From the sequence record PP813861.1: a DNA stretch of 64,000 nt, one strand, 5' to 3'. Both the position numbers and the translations under genes were made by a program. Below the pieces are notes generated by a model. The model had not been told where the DNA came from, did no database searches, and saw only the letters and a program-made list of their open reading frames with translations. This document shows positions 1 through 9,163 of the stretch, piece by piece (within the stretch, counting starts at the first letter, position 1; each line of letters opens with the position of its first letter).

Positions 1-367
1 CAGCTGTGATATAAACCTGATATTCTTTTGAAATAGATTCCATCAGTTCAATAGATACGGAATTTGAACTCTGAATAAGTTTATTTACTTTCTTTAGTTC
101 ATCAAATTCTAACCGACCGTAGATTACACCAACATCTCTGAAACTGATAACTGGATAGTGTTTCCAAATATAACAATTCAGTTTACCAAGATGAATTACT
201 TGAATTGTTTCATCGCACCATTGTTTCTTTTTCTTATTGTAGTATTCAACACGACGTTCGATGAAGACGCGAGTACCAGAAACAGAGGTGTACGCATTCA
301 GTTCATAACCATACTTATGGTCAACGTTATTTGGATCTTGGCGCCATTTTGGAATGAATGCTTTCAT
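1..367 (-). CDS. hypothetical protein, partial (runs off left edge; not in ORF track)
   Basis: Hand translation: ATG at 367 after AGGAAAA, open to base 1 (MKAFIPKWRQDPNN...). Confidence 0.75.
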   Translation of the reverse strand, partial: MKAFIPKWRQDPNNVDHKYGYELNAYTSVSGTRVFIERRVEYYNKKKKQWCDETIQVIHLGKLNCYIWKHYPVISFRDVGVIYGRLEFDELKKVNKLIQSSNSVSIELMESISKEYQVYITA

Positions 368-394
368 TTGTATTTTCCTTTTTACGAAATAGAA

Positions 395-412
395 GCCCTC
401 CCGAAGGAGGGC
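395..412 (-). terminator. intrinsic terminator, UUCG loop
   Basis: GCCCTCC-CGAA-GGAGGGC at the 3' end of 426..725. Confidence 0.8.
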
Positions 413-425
413 AATTATACCATTA

Positions 426-725
426 TTAAATTACGAGTCTATATACTTCTTTTAATTTTTCACCAGGGGTAGCTAGATAATCTACATTATATTTAATAGC
501 AATTACACCCACAAGTTCTTTTCTCAGTAGCTGTTCTACCTGATCGCATAATTTATCAATAGCTCCATCTTCTACATCCTCGTATAATGGATATTGACTA
601 TAAATATTATCAGGTGTAAGTACAGACAGTTTCAATTCCCCATCTTTACCAATGACTGGGTGATATGTCTGTTTAAGACCTTTACAATGATAGTGATAGG
701 TAATGCGCTGTTGTTTAGTGGTCAT
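426..725 (-). CDS. hypothetical protein
   Basis: 99-aa ORF in co-oriented gene array. Confidence 0.7.
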   Translation of the reverse strand: MTTKQQRITYHYHCKGLKQTYHPVIGKDGELKLSVLTPDNIYSQYPLYEDVEDGAIDKLCDQVEQLLRKELVGVIAIKYNVDYLATPGEKLKEVYRLVI

Positions 726-736
726 GTAAAGATACC

Positions 737-1258
737 TTAAATAAACCGTTGGGTAGTTCCGTCTTTAAAGACAGTTAGTTGATTAACATCTTTCAATGAA
801 TTATCTGCAATATTCTTAGCCAATAACAATAGATCATCGTGATATGTTTTAATGAGAACTTTAAGCCTCTCCCTTTGTTTATATCGGAAACCTTTATTAA
901 TCACAGTAACTCCATCTGGATTATTTTTATAATTCAGTACAGTGATTGGTGTATTCGGTACAAAGACGGCTAGTTCGTCATCGAATACAATGTAAACCAT
1001 CACTTTATAATTATTAACCGATTCTTGGAATTGTTGTGTGATTACATTATAGTCTTTTGTGCGATGGCTAAGAAACAGCTCACTATTAGCTCGGCAGAAA
1101 CTATGTCGCGCTTTTTTATCAGCACTCATAACAGCGATACCACGGATAATGAATTTATTATCTAAGGTATATTTTCTTTGAGACATCGCATAGTCGACTA
1201 CATCAACATCGCCGCCAAATAGCACGGCATTTTCACCGTATCCACAAATAAGAGCCAT
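737..1258 (-). CDS. hypothetical protein
   Basis: 173-aa ORF, tight operon spacing. Confidence 0.75.
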   Translation of the reverse strand: MALICGYGENAVLFGGDVDVVDYAMSQRKYTLDNKFIIRGIAVMSADKKARHSFCRANSELFLSHRTKDYNVITQQFQESVNNYKVMVYIVFDDELAVFVPNTPITVLNYKNNPDGVTVINKGFRYKQRERLKVLIKTYHDDLLLLAKNIADNSLKDVNQLTVFKDGTTQRFI

Positions 1259-1272
1259 TTATAATTACCTGT

Positions 1273-1632
1273 TTAAAAATTATATTCAATAAATTGAAGA
1301 GTGAATAGTTCACTACATTCCCATGTACGACTTGCTAATTTATATTTACCTTTAACAGGTAAGTCAAAATAACGTAATGCTTTTTCTACTGAACCAGCCT
1401 CATGATTAACCAATAGAACATTCCTAGCCTTCAGAATATTTGAACAATTTACAAGTTCATAATCATCTCGCTTAGGTGTCAACATAGCTACATTAGTGCC
1501 TGGTTTTCTAGCATACCAGAGCACCTCATGACCCTCTGGATTAATAATAGAGATATATAGCTGACGTTCAGCGGGTAACCACAAGTTACGTGGATCATAC
1601 TCTCCATTAACATCAAAGAATTTAAATATCAT
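1273..1632 (-). CDS. hypothetical protein
   Basis: 119-aa ORF, ATGA overlap with upstream gene. Confidence 0.7.
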   Translation of the reverse strand: MIFKFFDVNGEYDPRNLWLPAERQLYISIINPEGHEVLWYARKPGTNVAMLTPKRDDYELVNCSNILKARNVLLVNHEAGSVEKALRYFDLPVKGKYKLASRTWECSELFTLQFIEYNF

Positions 1633-1868
1633 AGAGTTGGAACCGGTTTTGATGGATCAGCAATTAGTGCAGATTCTTCTACATAAACCATTGCGAAGTT
1701 TTCACCTTCTTTACGAATACCAGTAGAAGGTGTTTTCGATGGATCATAAACGATAATTTGGCACTGCTGTCCAGCTGTTAAATAAGTTGGGCCAGTTAAT
1801 GCATTGGGTTTTGGATGAGGGATATCAATTTTAGTAATACAATATTGACCAGTACGAAACTCACGCAT
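1629..1868 (-). CDS. small beta-rich (SH3-like) protein
   Basis: 79 aa, GAGGT RBS, FRTGQYC...AGQQCQII pattern. Confidence 0.65.
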   Translation of the reverse strand: MREFRTGQYCITKIDIPHPKPNALTGPTYLTAGQQCQIIVYDPSKTPSTGIRKEGENFAMVYVEESALIADPSKPVPTL

Positions 1869-1880
1869 TATATTAACCTC

Positions 1881-2567
1881 TTAATGAATAACTGTTGCAG
1901 AAGGACGACATTTCATAGTTTTAAAAATGTCAGTAGGATAGATATTACCAGCTTGTCCGAAAGGTTTATCGGCTAGAAGAAACTGCGGGCAAACTGTTTG
2001 TAGATAACCACTATCGGTAGGTAGGAATCCTTCAATATCACTGATGAGGATTTGCCAGATTGGCAATTGGTTATAGTAGTCATCCATATTGTAGTATGCA
2101 TGGAGTTTGCCACCGAATCCATATACAAACTGATGGGTATCAATTAGACGAATACCAAATTTAGGCTGCCGTCCCATCCTTTGATCTTCTTCAAATGCAC
2201 TCAGCAAATCTGCAATCTCTACGCCACCCGTGATCTGTTTCACTTCTTTTAATTTTTCAAAAATGGCGTAAAAGGTATTTACTGCCGATTCCTTAGTAAT
2301 GCAGGCAGTGATCACCAGTTCAGGAAAGAGTGGATCTTCTTTATTACATCCACACGTGTAATAAACAACATTGGAACCAATATCACCTTCTCGCTCAACC
2401 ACGGCAAAAGGCTTTTTGGATAGTTTCATTTGCTTTTCAATTAACTGTCTGCTATTCTCACGAATAGATGCATATTCGTGACTGGCCTTAAAAATAGGCG
2501 CTTTGTAATCTATCTCTTTTGGTTCTACTAGATCACTTGCCGATTTGATAACTAATGGGTTACTCAT
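1881..2567 (-). CDS. hypothetical protein
   Basis: 228-aa ORF with AGGAAA RBS. Confidence 0.8.
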   Translation of the reverse strand: MSNPLVIKSASDLVEPKEIDYKAPIFKASHEYASIRENSRQLIEKQMKLSKKPFAVVEREGDIGSNVVYYTCGCNKEDPLFPELVITACITKESAVNTFYAIFEKLKEVKQITGGVEIADLLSAFEEDQRMGRQPKFGIRLIDTHQFVYGFGGKLHAYYNMDDYYNQLPIWQILISDIEGFLPTDSGYLQTVCPQFLLADKPFGQAGNIYPTDIFKTMKCRPSATVIH

Positions 2568-2595
2568 TGTATATTTCCTTTTCTCATATAAGAAA

Positions 2596-2615
2596 AGGGA
2601 GGTATTACCCTCCCT
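2596..2615 (-). terminator. intrinsic terminator
   Basis: AGGGAGG-TATTAC-CCTCCCT hairpin. Confidence 0.65.
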
Positions 2616-2949
2616 AATTAAGCATTAGATATTTAGGTTCAGTGGTGGCTCGGATCTTAGCAATAAGTGCTTTCTGATCACTAACCTTACTAATGGGGTA
2701 TTCTAATAAACGTAAATCCATGTCCCGATGTACTAAACCCAACATTGCCTTATTTTGATGACTATTATTACGTAATGCAGCGATATGTTTATCAACTTCA
2801 TTACTAACAGTCTTTGAAAGCCCTACTAAATACTTCCCAGTTGCAATGTGTTCAATAACATAAACACCTGCTCCAACTATTTCGCTTCTTTTCCCACGAC
2901 CGTGCGAAGTACTTGACCAACTATAACACTTATCATCAACTATAAACAT
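2614..2949 (-). CDS. GIY-YIG-like domain protein (degenerate)
   Basis: GVYVIEHIATGKYLVGLS...H.N..M pattern of GIY-YIG catalytic domains. Confidence 0.6.
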   Translation of the reverse strand: MFIVDDKCYSWSSTSHGRGKRSEIVGAGVYVIEHIATGKYLVGLSKTVSNEVDKHIAALRNNSHQNKAMLGLVHRDMDLRLLEYPISKVSDQKALIAKIRATTEPKYLMLN

Positions 2950-2992
2950 GGTTAATTCCCGTCCTATAACTATCTAATTGGACGGTCAAGTA

Positions 2993-3358
2993 TTAGCTAC
3001 CAGTCCATGAATACTTATCATAAACTAACCACATTGAATGGATCTTATTGATGATATTGAAAATAGGTTCTTGGACATCTTCAAAATCACCTAGATCAGC
3101 TGCCAGATTGGCCATATATTGGAATAGCCGCTCAGTTGATACATCCACCAGATTGGCAAATGGAATACTGGCATATGGGATTTGCTTTAACATACCAAAC
3201 TTATAAATTTTAGCAAACCATGCATCCAACATTGCAACATCTGCTTTAAACATCCAATAAGTTTCAGCTGGATATGTGCCGTCATGGATAGAGCAGAACA
3301 AATCACCAGTAATCGTTTCAACAAGCATTTCCACTTCAGCAGAATTAATTTCGATCAT
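2993..3358 (-). CDS. hypothetical protein
   Basis: 121-aa ORF. Confidence 0.7.
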   Translation of the reverse strand: MIEINSAEVEMLVETITGDLFCSIHDGTYPAETYWMFKADVAMLDAWFAKIYKFGMLKQIPYASIPFANLVDVSTERLFQYMANLAADLGDFEDVQEPIFNIINKIHSMWLVYDKYSWTGS

Positions 3359-3359
3359 C

Positions 3360-3737
3360 TCAACCCACCTTTAGTTTACTGCAATATAGTCTAAACTTAA
3401 GAATATCCTCTACTAAGTTAGACCATAGAGTATACCTATTTCGTGATGCATTTACTTCTTCAATCTTAGCATTTATATTTTGGCGAAGAACTTTGTAATG
3501 CTGATACGCATTAGTCGCATGTTTAGAGAATAAGATAATAATATCATCAGGACTTTTATTTAGCACATCAGCTAGTGAATCATCATCATATATTTCAATA
3601 AGCGCATTAACGATACGATGATGAAGATGGGTTAGTAATTGGTAAATATGATATTCGCTACCAATATAATTACCTTTTATAAAAGCTCTTTTACTGTAGA
3701 GGATCTGTGCAGTATCTCTTACGCATTCAAGTTTCAT
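3360..3737 (-). CDS. hypothetical protein
   Basis: 125-aa ORF, ATGA overlap. Confidence 0.7.
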   Translation of the reverse strand: MKLECVRDTAQILYSKRAFIKGNYIGSEYHIYQLLTHLHHRIVNALIEIYDDDSLADVLNKSPDDIIILFSKHATNAYQHYKVLRQNINAKIEEVNASRNRYTLWSNLVEDILKFRLYCSKLKVG

Positions 3738-3946
3738 TGTGCATTAACCTGATGTAGATGAACATAAAATCCATTACTAGGACCGCTATTAGATGGATAT
3801 ACTAACAGATGGTCTCCATTAACAGATTCGATTATAACTACAGTACCAGCTTTGCATAGTGTAAGATCATAGCCGCATTCACCAGTGCTATTAATAATAT
3901 CTGTGTTGACTACAACTTTGTCACCGGCTTTAAATGAATTTGACAT
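3734..3946 (-). CDS. small SH3-like protein
   Basis: 70 aa, FKAGDKVVV...AGTVVII motif, GAGGTGA RBS. Confidence 0.65.
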   Translation of the reverse strand: MSNSFKAGDKVVVNTDIINSTGECGYDLTLCKAGTVVIIESVNGDHLLVYPSNSGPSNGFYVHLHQVNAQ

Positions 3947-3954
3947 ATATCACC

Positions 3955-4257
3955 TCAGTTATAGGCGTGAAGAATATCATCCATATCTGTACATTGTACA
4001 GTTTCAATTTGATTATAATTGTCGGCATTTAAAACTCTAAAGCCGCCTTCGGGATTACCCTCATCAACACCTAATACGGTTAGGTCATCACCTTCATTAG
4101 CAAACTTCCATTCTAAATAACCATTCTTTTTACAAGTACGCATGATCCAAATATCCTGTGTTGCTTGTAGAATCATACCTACTTGAACTTTATTCTTAGC
4201 GATAAGACTAATACCATTAGCTAGCACGTTTGCTAGACAGCTCACTGTTGTACTCAT
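3955..4257 (-). CDS. SH3-like hypothetical protein
   Basis: 100 aa, QVGMILQATQDI...GDDLTVL pattern. Confidence 0.65.
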   Translation of the reverse strand: MSTTVSCLANVLANGISLIAKNKVQVGMILQATQDIWIMRTCKKNGYLEWKFANEGDDLTVLGVDEGNPEGGFRVLNADNYNQIETVQCTDMDDILHAYN

Positions 4258-4313
4258 TTCTTTTTACCTCTTTACCACTTTTATCTTCAGTTAACCATGA
4301 CTTGTTAAAGATA

Positions 4314-4466
4314 CTATTTATGATGGGATTGAATTTCGGTGATTCTTTCTTTTTCTGATCTATATCCATCGATATCACCTATACTAATAATTTTATTAAT
4401 ACCAACTAATGTACTACTTAAAATAGCTATAATCAAAAACAGTGCTACATATTTGATTCCTTCCAT
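4314..4466 (-). CDS. small membrane protein (50 aa; below ORF-track cutoff)
   Basis: MEGIKYVALFLIIAILSSTLVGINK..., GAGGT RBS. Confidence 0.55.
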   Translation of the reverse strand: MEGIKYVALFLIIAILSSTLVGINKIISIGDIDGYRSEKERITEIQSHHK

Positions 4467-4549
4467 TTTGAGTACCTCAAATAATGGTTATCTAACTTAG
4501 CATGGTTATTATATATTTTTAAATTTACTTATAATAAACCATTTATGCA

Positions 4550-4852
4550 TTATGGCAATAGTTCACTGTATTTAGAATAGTTGTCAATCACCCATTGATT
4601 AGACATATACTTAGGAGTATCACCTAGTAGTTTAGTATAGGTTAGAAGATAGATTATTTGTGCTTTATTAAAGTCTAATCCAGCCTCTTCCCAACCATTA
4701 CGGTACTGCTCCACCTTATCACCATGTGCGCTAATGAGCCCAGTACAGGACTCAATATACCGGTCTTCACCAGCGAATACAGTACTAATGAACTTATCGG
4801 TATTAGCCAACATATACGACGCCGAGTCAATTACCTTATTATTCATTTTCAT
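4550..4852 (-). CDS. hypothetical protein
   Basis: 100-aa ORF. Confidence 0.7.
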   Translation of the reverse strand: MKMNNKVIDSASYMLANTDKFISTVFAGEDRYIESCTGLISAHGDKVEQYRNGWEEAGLDFNKAQIIYLLTYTKLLGDTPKYMSNQWVIDNYSKYSELLP

Positions 4853-4886
4853 TTGAATATACCTGTTTATATAAAGGGATATAAAA

Positions 4887-4904
4887 GCCTCCCCGAAGGG
4901 AGGC
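4887..4904 (-). terminator. intrinsic terminator, UUCG loop
   Basis: GCCTCCC-CGAA-GGGAGGC. Confidence 0.8.
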
Positions 4905-4914
4905 CATTATGACG

Positions 4915-5346
4915 TTACATTGTGAAACGAATTGACACACCACAAATAGGACTATTAGAATCTGTCCAAATTTTAGCTGTACCATCATTTTTAATAGTTA
5001 CACAATAACCCCAGCGAAGGTTATTTATTTTAGTGGTATACCCACTTTTAAATACAGTCATGTCTTTATAAAGCTGTGGGATAGTTGGTACTTTTTTAGA
5101 CTGCATTTTACCAGATAAATCACGATAGTAGAGTTTATCTACAATCACATTATCGAATTTTTTATAATCACCAAAGACTTCAGATAGATTGAACTCTACC
5201 CCATCTGTTTTTAGTGGGGCAGTCATAAAACTACCTTGCTCAGTTGTAACCATGCTGATAGCAACATCATGGTCTAATAGAAATCGAGTTTCACCATTAG
5301 TTTTCTTATATACTGGGAAACTTCCTAGCTGTTGTAGAACACTCAT
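4915..5346 (-). CDS. hypothetical protein
   Basis: 143 aa, AGGAG RBS. Confidence 0.75.
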   Translation of the reverse strand: MSVLQQLGSFPVYKKTNGETRFLLDHDVAISMVTTEQGSFMTAPLKTDGVEFNLSEVFGDYKKFDNVIVDKLYYRDLSGKMQSKKVPTIPQLYKDMTVFKSGYTTKINNLRWGYCVTIKNDGTAKIWTDSNSPICGVSIRFTM

Positions 5347-5382
5347 TATTAACTCCTGATTGATGGTCTATAAAATTGACCA

Positions 5383-5829
5383 TTATAAACCTTTATAGCA
5401 TTCTACACTAATTTTCTTTATGACCATATCAAACTCACTATCAACATACTCATTGTCATGATAGTACTCATCTGAATAACCGATGAGTTTTTTCTGGTTA
5501 TGATAATTTAAAAAGAAAATAACACGCATTACAATACAAGCATGTTCGGGATGATTAAGATATAATTCTTTCTTATCTAGGTCTAAATAAAGTGTTTTTA
5601 TTTGAACTGGTTCATTAGTGAAAACTAGTTTTACAGGGTTATCCAGCTGTATTACTTTGGGTTCACTATTAAAAAATGTATCACCGGATTCACCTAAGTA
5701 ATACGTAATTGATTTAACATAATAGGCTATATCTTCGGTTTTCTCTAACCGGGTTATACAATAGCCGGTTATGACTGAAAGAACAAACAATGATAAAATA
5801 ACTAATATTATCTCAGTCACATTGACCAC
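5383..5829 (-). CDS. single-pass membrane protein
   Basis: N-terminal hydrophobic helix IILVILSLFVLSVITGYCI. Confidence 0.7.
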   Translation of the reverse strand: MVNVTEIILVILSLFVLSVITGYCITRLEKTEDIAYYVKSITYYLGESGDTFFNSEPKVIQLDNPVKLVFTNEPVQIKTLYLDLDKKELYLNHPEHACIVMRVIFFLNYHNQKKLIGYSDEYYHDNEYVDSEFDMVIKKISVECYKGL

Positions 5830-6109
5830 CTATGTAAAGTGTTGTTATATCGATACACTGTGAAACAGAATGTTTACGTGGAATAAATATTTCATCGATG
5901 GTTAAATCATCATCAATGGGTTGAATACTTTCTAATCTACCAAATCCATCACAGTTAAATTTAAGTGCTGGATAACCTTCAATACCCATGCTAACCCAGC
6001 TATTATTCTGTTTAGTTACATGGTTGAATTTAAAATTACGCATCTTTCCTAGAAATTCAATTGTCCATGTAGCATCCTTCTGTTTCTTCAAATGGTAATA
6101 TTTATTCAT
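5813..6109 (-). CDS. hypothetical protein
   Basis: 98-aa ORF. Confidence 0.65.
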   Translation of the reverse strand: MNKYYHLKKQKDATWTIEFLGKMRNFKFNHVTKQNNSWVSMGIEGYPALKFNCDGFGRLESIQPIDDDLTIDEIFIPRKHSVSQCIDITTLYIGGQCD

Positions 6110-6155
6110 TAGTATTCACCATTATTAAGATTAGTTTCATTCTATTAAATAGATA

Positions 6156-6173
6156 GGGGGTCTTTAGACCCCC
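6156..6173 (-). terminator. intrinsic terminator
   Basis: GGGGGTC-TTTA-GACCCCC. Confidence 0.7.
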
Positions 6174-6187
6174 ATTTTCATAATTAA

Positions 6188-6607
6188 TTAGAATGCAGAA
6201 ATGGCCAACTCATTGCATTTAACGGCAGCGAGTTTTTCCCAATCTTCTTCATGTTCCATCAAGCATTCAATTACAACATGCATGGACCATGACTCGCCAT
6301 CAATATTTGCAAATACAAAGAAACCATCATCAAGCTCAGTGATACCACTAATCAGATTATTTTTGATCAGGTAGACCAATTGATCATTAACGATTTTAAC
6401 TTCATTATCAATGAGATGGCTGACATATTTGCTAGTGATATCAAACACTTCTTTTGATGAAAGTGACCCATCCCGTTTGACAGCAGTTAGGCTCCAATTA
6501 ACCAAAGACGGTGAATACCAATGAAGACCATGTACATTCATCAAAACTGGATGTTTGTTATCCATAGCTTTTACAGAATAAGCCCAATACTTTTCATCAA
6601 GATACAT
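6188..6607 (-). CDS. hypothetical protein
   Basis: 139 aa, AGGAAA RBS. Confidence 0.75.
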   Translation of the reverse strand: MYLDEKYWAYSVKAMDNKHPVLMNVHGLHWYSPSLVNWSLTAVKRDGSLSSKEVFDITSKYVSHLIDNEVKIVNDQLVYLIKNNLISGITELDDGFFVFANIDGESWSMHVVIECLMEHEEDWEKLAAVKCNELAISAF

Positions 6608-6631
6608 TTATATTTCCTTTTTCCAGATTGA

Positions 6632-6910
6632 TTATTTTATTACAATGCCTTCAGCATTGCGTACTGCTTCTTTAGCAAATTGAACATCTCCAAATACATG
6701 TTCAATAAACTTTGATGCATCTGACCCAGCTACATCGCTTGATAGTAGTTTCACAGTCTTGGTAATCTTACCAGGATAATAGAGGATGATATCCCATCCA
6801 TCACTTTCTTTAACAGAGCGAATTTTTAGAATAGGCTCTTCTTTACCAAGGTGTTCAAGACTAACACCACTTTTAACGGCGGCTTCAAATACTACATCAG
6901 AGATAGACAT
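6632..6910 (-). CDS. hypothetical protein
   Basis: 92 aa, AAGGT RBS. Confidence 0.7.
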   Translation of the reverse strand: MSISDVVFEAAVKSGVSLEHLGKEEPILKIRSVKESDGWDIILYYPGKITKTVKLLSSDVAGSDASKFIEHVFGDVQFAKEAVRNAEGIVIK

Positions 6911-6933
6911 ATTAGTTACCTTCTTAAAAGAAA

Positions 6934-6949
6934 GCGGTCATGCGACCGC
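6934..6949 (-). terminator. intrinsic terminator
   Basis: GCGGTC-ATGC-GACCGC, with U-tract on the minus strand. Confidence 0.6.
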
Positions 6950-7171
6950 ATCTTTAATCAGCGAGATAATTCGCGCTGATGGTTCGCGCCAAAATTCAAT
7001 ACGTACATTATTGAACTGGCTATCGTGATGCATAAAAGCTGATGATTGCTTTGCTGCATCGTGATTCATAATAGAACGTAGCTGAATAATATTTTTGTCT
7101 TTGAGTCGGATACCATCCAGATCAATGACTTTCAGTCCAGAGTTCATAGTTTTTACAGTTACATGTTGCAT
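6938..7171 (-). CDS. hypothetical protein
   Basis: 77 aa, AGGAAA RBS. Confidence 0.6.
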   Translation of the reverse strand: MQHVTVKTMNSGLKVIDLDGIRLKDKNIIQLRSIMNHDAAKQSSAFMHHDSQFNNVRIEFWREPSARIISLIKDAVA

Positions 7172-7223
7172 TTACAGTTTCCTTTTAGTTGGATTAAAAA
7201 ATCTGTTAAACTTCTTTTATAAG

Positions 7224-7646
7224 TTATTTCGGTTTTGCGATGGCTTTGATGAGTTCCTGTTCAAGTTGTACGAGTTCATCATCTGTGATGTCGCGGGAAA
7301 CACACATACACCGTCTTGGTCTTTTATACCACGTAATACAGATATCACGCCAAACCAGAGCCCCTCCATCTGCACCTGGAAGCCTGAATGTTTCAAGTTC
7401 GTCAGTGTTAAGAGAAGGACCACCAAGATAAGGATAAAATCTTTCGTAATCAATTCCACTATATTTCATCACTAGGTCATATAGTGGTAGTTGGACCATT
7501 TTCCAATATGAAGCTAATTTAATATCCTCACTTGGTACAGATGCCCAATACTCTTTTACAGCATCATCCATTTCTTCTGGCTTGGGAAGCCCACCAACCA
7601 GAAAATAAGCGTATGCTGCTACTTCAACTAAGCGTGTATTTTTCAT
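7224..7646 (-). CDS. hypothetical protein
   Basis: 140-aa ORF, AGGA RBS. Confidence 0.7.
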   Translation of the reverse strand: MKNTRLVEVAAYAYFLVGGLPKPEEMDDAVKEYWASVPSEDIKLASYWKMVQLPLYDLVMKYSGIDYERFYPYLGGPSLNTDELETFRLPGADGGALVWRDICITWYKRPRRCMCVSRDITDDELVQLEQELIKAIAKPK

Positions 7647-7666
7647 AGCTTAATCCTAATTAAATT

Positions 7667-8197
7667 CTAGAACATCAAAATGCCTACATCAGTATCCTTA
7701 AGTGTTGGCAGGCTAGTAACGATGACTAATTTGATATTACGTTTGGTAATTCCTTCACTAGCATTAATGATAGCTGACATAACCCCATTACCACCTGTAC
7801 GTGCACGCACTGCTTTATCAACATCTTCGGTAATAATAACAGATCCATTTGGAAAACCTCTAATGAGATCAGCGAATTCAGGATGTTCTAAAATATCGGA
7901 CCGATCAGCTAAATAAATTTTATCATCCCAGCCTCGATGATTCAACATTTCTCTAGCGAAGTTTGACTCACTGGTATCGGGTTTACCAAAAATAATTAGT
8001 ACATTAGAACTAGATTCAAAAAATATATCCCAAAGTTCCGCTGGTGTAAAATTGAAGTAAGGATAGAACTTGTGGATATCACTAACTGGTTGATATTCTA
8101 GACATGTTTCTACAGTTGTAGCCAATGTACCATTTGCTGTAAGATGAATCCTCTTAAGATATTTGGATGGTTTATTATTTAAATAATCATTAGGCAT
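7667..8197 (-). CDS. truncated, Walker-A-degenerate AAA ATPase paralogue
   Basis: Aligns to 32678..33778 (IYLADRSDIL/VYLADQDDVL; IITEDVDK/IITEDSDK; LPTLKD/LPTLRD); P-loop reads GKPDTSES. Confidence 0.75.
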   Translation of the reverse strand: MPNDYLNNKPSKYLKRIHLTANGTLATTVETCLEYQPVSDIHKFYPYFNFTPAELWDIFFESSSNVLIIFGKPDTSESNFAREMLNHRGWDDKIYLADRSDILEHPEFADLIRGFPNGSVIITEDVDKAVRARTGGNGVMSAIINASEGITKRNIKLVIVTSLPTLKDTDVGILMF

Positions 8198-8242
8198 TAT
8201 ATTTTCCTTTTTAAATAAATAAGGAAATTAACTATAGTGTTA

Positions 8243-8602
8243 TTATTTACCAATAGATACAATTACCTCTTTTAATTTACCATGGTCATTAATTGCCATT
8301 TGACAAGTGGGACACGGATATGCATCTAATGGCCTACCATCAGAACCGACTCGCGCAACATAGATCCTATATCCTTTTCCCTTGGAGAGGATGATAGAAC
8401 GCAACTCACTATGCATCTCACAACGTAGATCGGACAATCCTGCTTTTAGAGAATAACGTTTCTGAGCAGGATGTGTTTTACCATACATATTTTGGCTTTC
8501 ACTAATGATCCTACCACGTTTATCAGTAATGACTGAATAAACACGTTGACGATGTTTTACATAAGGGATTTCACGACACTTTTCCAAAGCATAGTCCAAC
8601 AT
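8243..8602 (-). CDS. cytidine/dCMP deaminase-like Zn-binding protein
   Basis: HSE...PCPTC motifs; likely start MLDYALEK at 8602 (AGGT RBS) rather than 8704. Confidence 0.75.
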   Translation of the reverse strand: MLDYALEKCREIPYVKHRQRVYSVITDKRGRIISESQNMYGKTHPAQKRYSLKAGLSDLRCEMHSELRSIILSKGKGYRIYVARVGSDGRPLDAYPCPTCQMAINDHGKLKEVIVSIGK

Positions 8603-8645
8603 AATTGATTTACCTATTTGCAATTTAGATAGTAATATCACATTT

Positions 8646-8675
8646 GTAATATACTGTTTAAAATGCTTTAAATAC
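8646..8675 (-). promoter_or_regulatory. phiKZ-type early promoter (TTTAAACAG-TATATTAC subtype)
   Basis: GTAATATA at 8646-8653 on plus strand = TATATTAC on minus strand, directly after a terminator. Confidence 0.75.
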
Positions 8676-8692
8676 AAAAAAATAAAATATAA

Positions 8693-8713
8693 GCCCTCCC
8701 GCAATGGGAGGGC
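8693..8713 (-). terminator. intrinsic terminator
   Basis: GCCCTCCC-GCAAT-GGGAGGGC; 30-bp exact copy at 41358-41387. Confidence 0.8.
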
Positions 8714-8726
8714 ATTATAATAACTA

Positions 8727-9161
8727 TTACAACTTATTCACCATTTTACTTGGTGCTATAACCCAGTGTAAATTACATTTCATGCTTTTATTTTTAAGAG
8801 GTATTCCTGAGATACACACATCCTCTTTAGTTATGCTAATTTTAAATAAAGCTTCCCATTTATTAGCTGTGATGATTTCATCAACAGTGTGATGGAATTT
8901 AAGTGTGTTATCTAATACTGAAATATAAAAGTCTTTATTGGGTTGACCTTTAGTTAAATCAATTATTAACCTATTATTTAATTTAGGTGAAAAAGTTGTT
9001 AATGTACCGTCCTCATTATTTTCTGATATGTAAGTACAACCAGTAACAACAAAGACATTATCATTTATGGCATTAGTATAAATTACTTTCGATTGTTTAA
9101 AAATATTAATTAAGTAAACAATAATTGCTGACAGGATAAGTGCAATCACTACCTCAGTCAT
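8727..9161 (-). CDS. single-pass membrane protein
   Basis: N-terminal VVIALILSAIIVYLI helix. Confidence 0.7.
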   Translation of the reverse strand: MTEVVIALILSAIIVYLINIFKQSKVIYTNAINDNVFVVTGCTYISENNEDGTLTTFSPKLNNRLIIDLTKGQPNKDFYISVLDNTLKFHHTVDEIITANKWEALFKISITKEDVCISGIPLKNKSMKCNLHWVIAPSKMVNKL

Positions 9162-9163
9162 TA

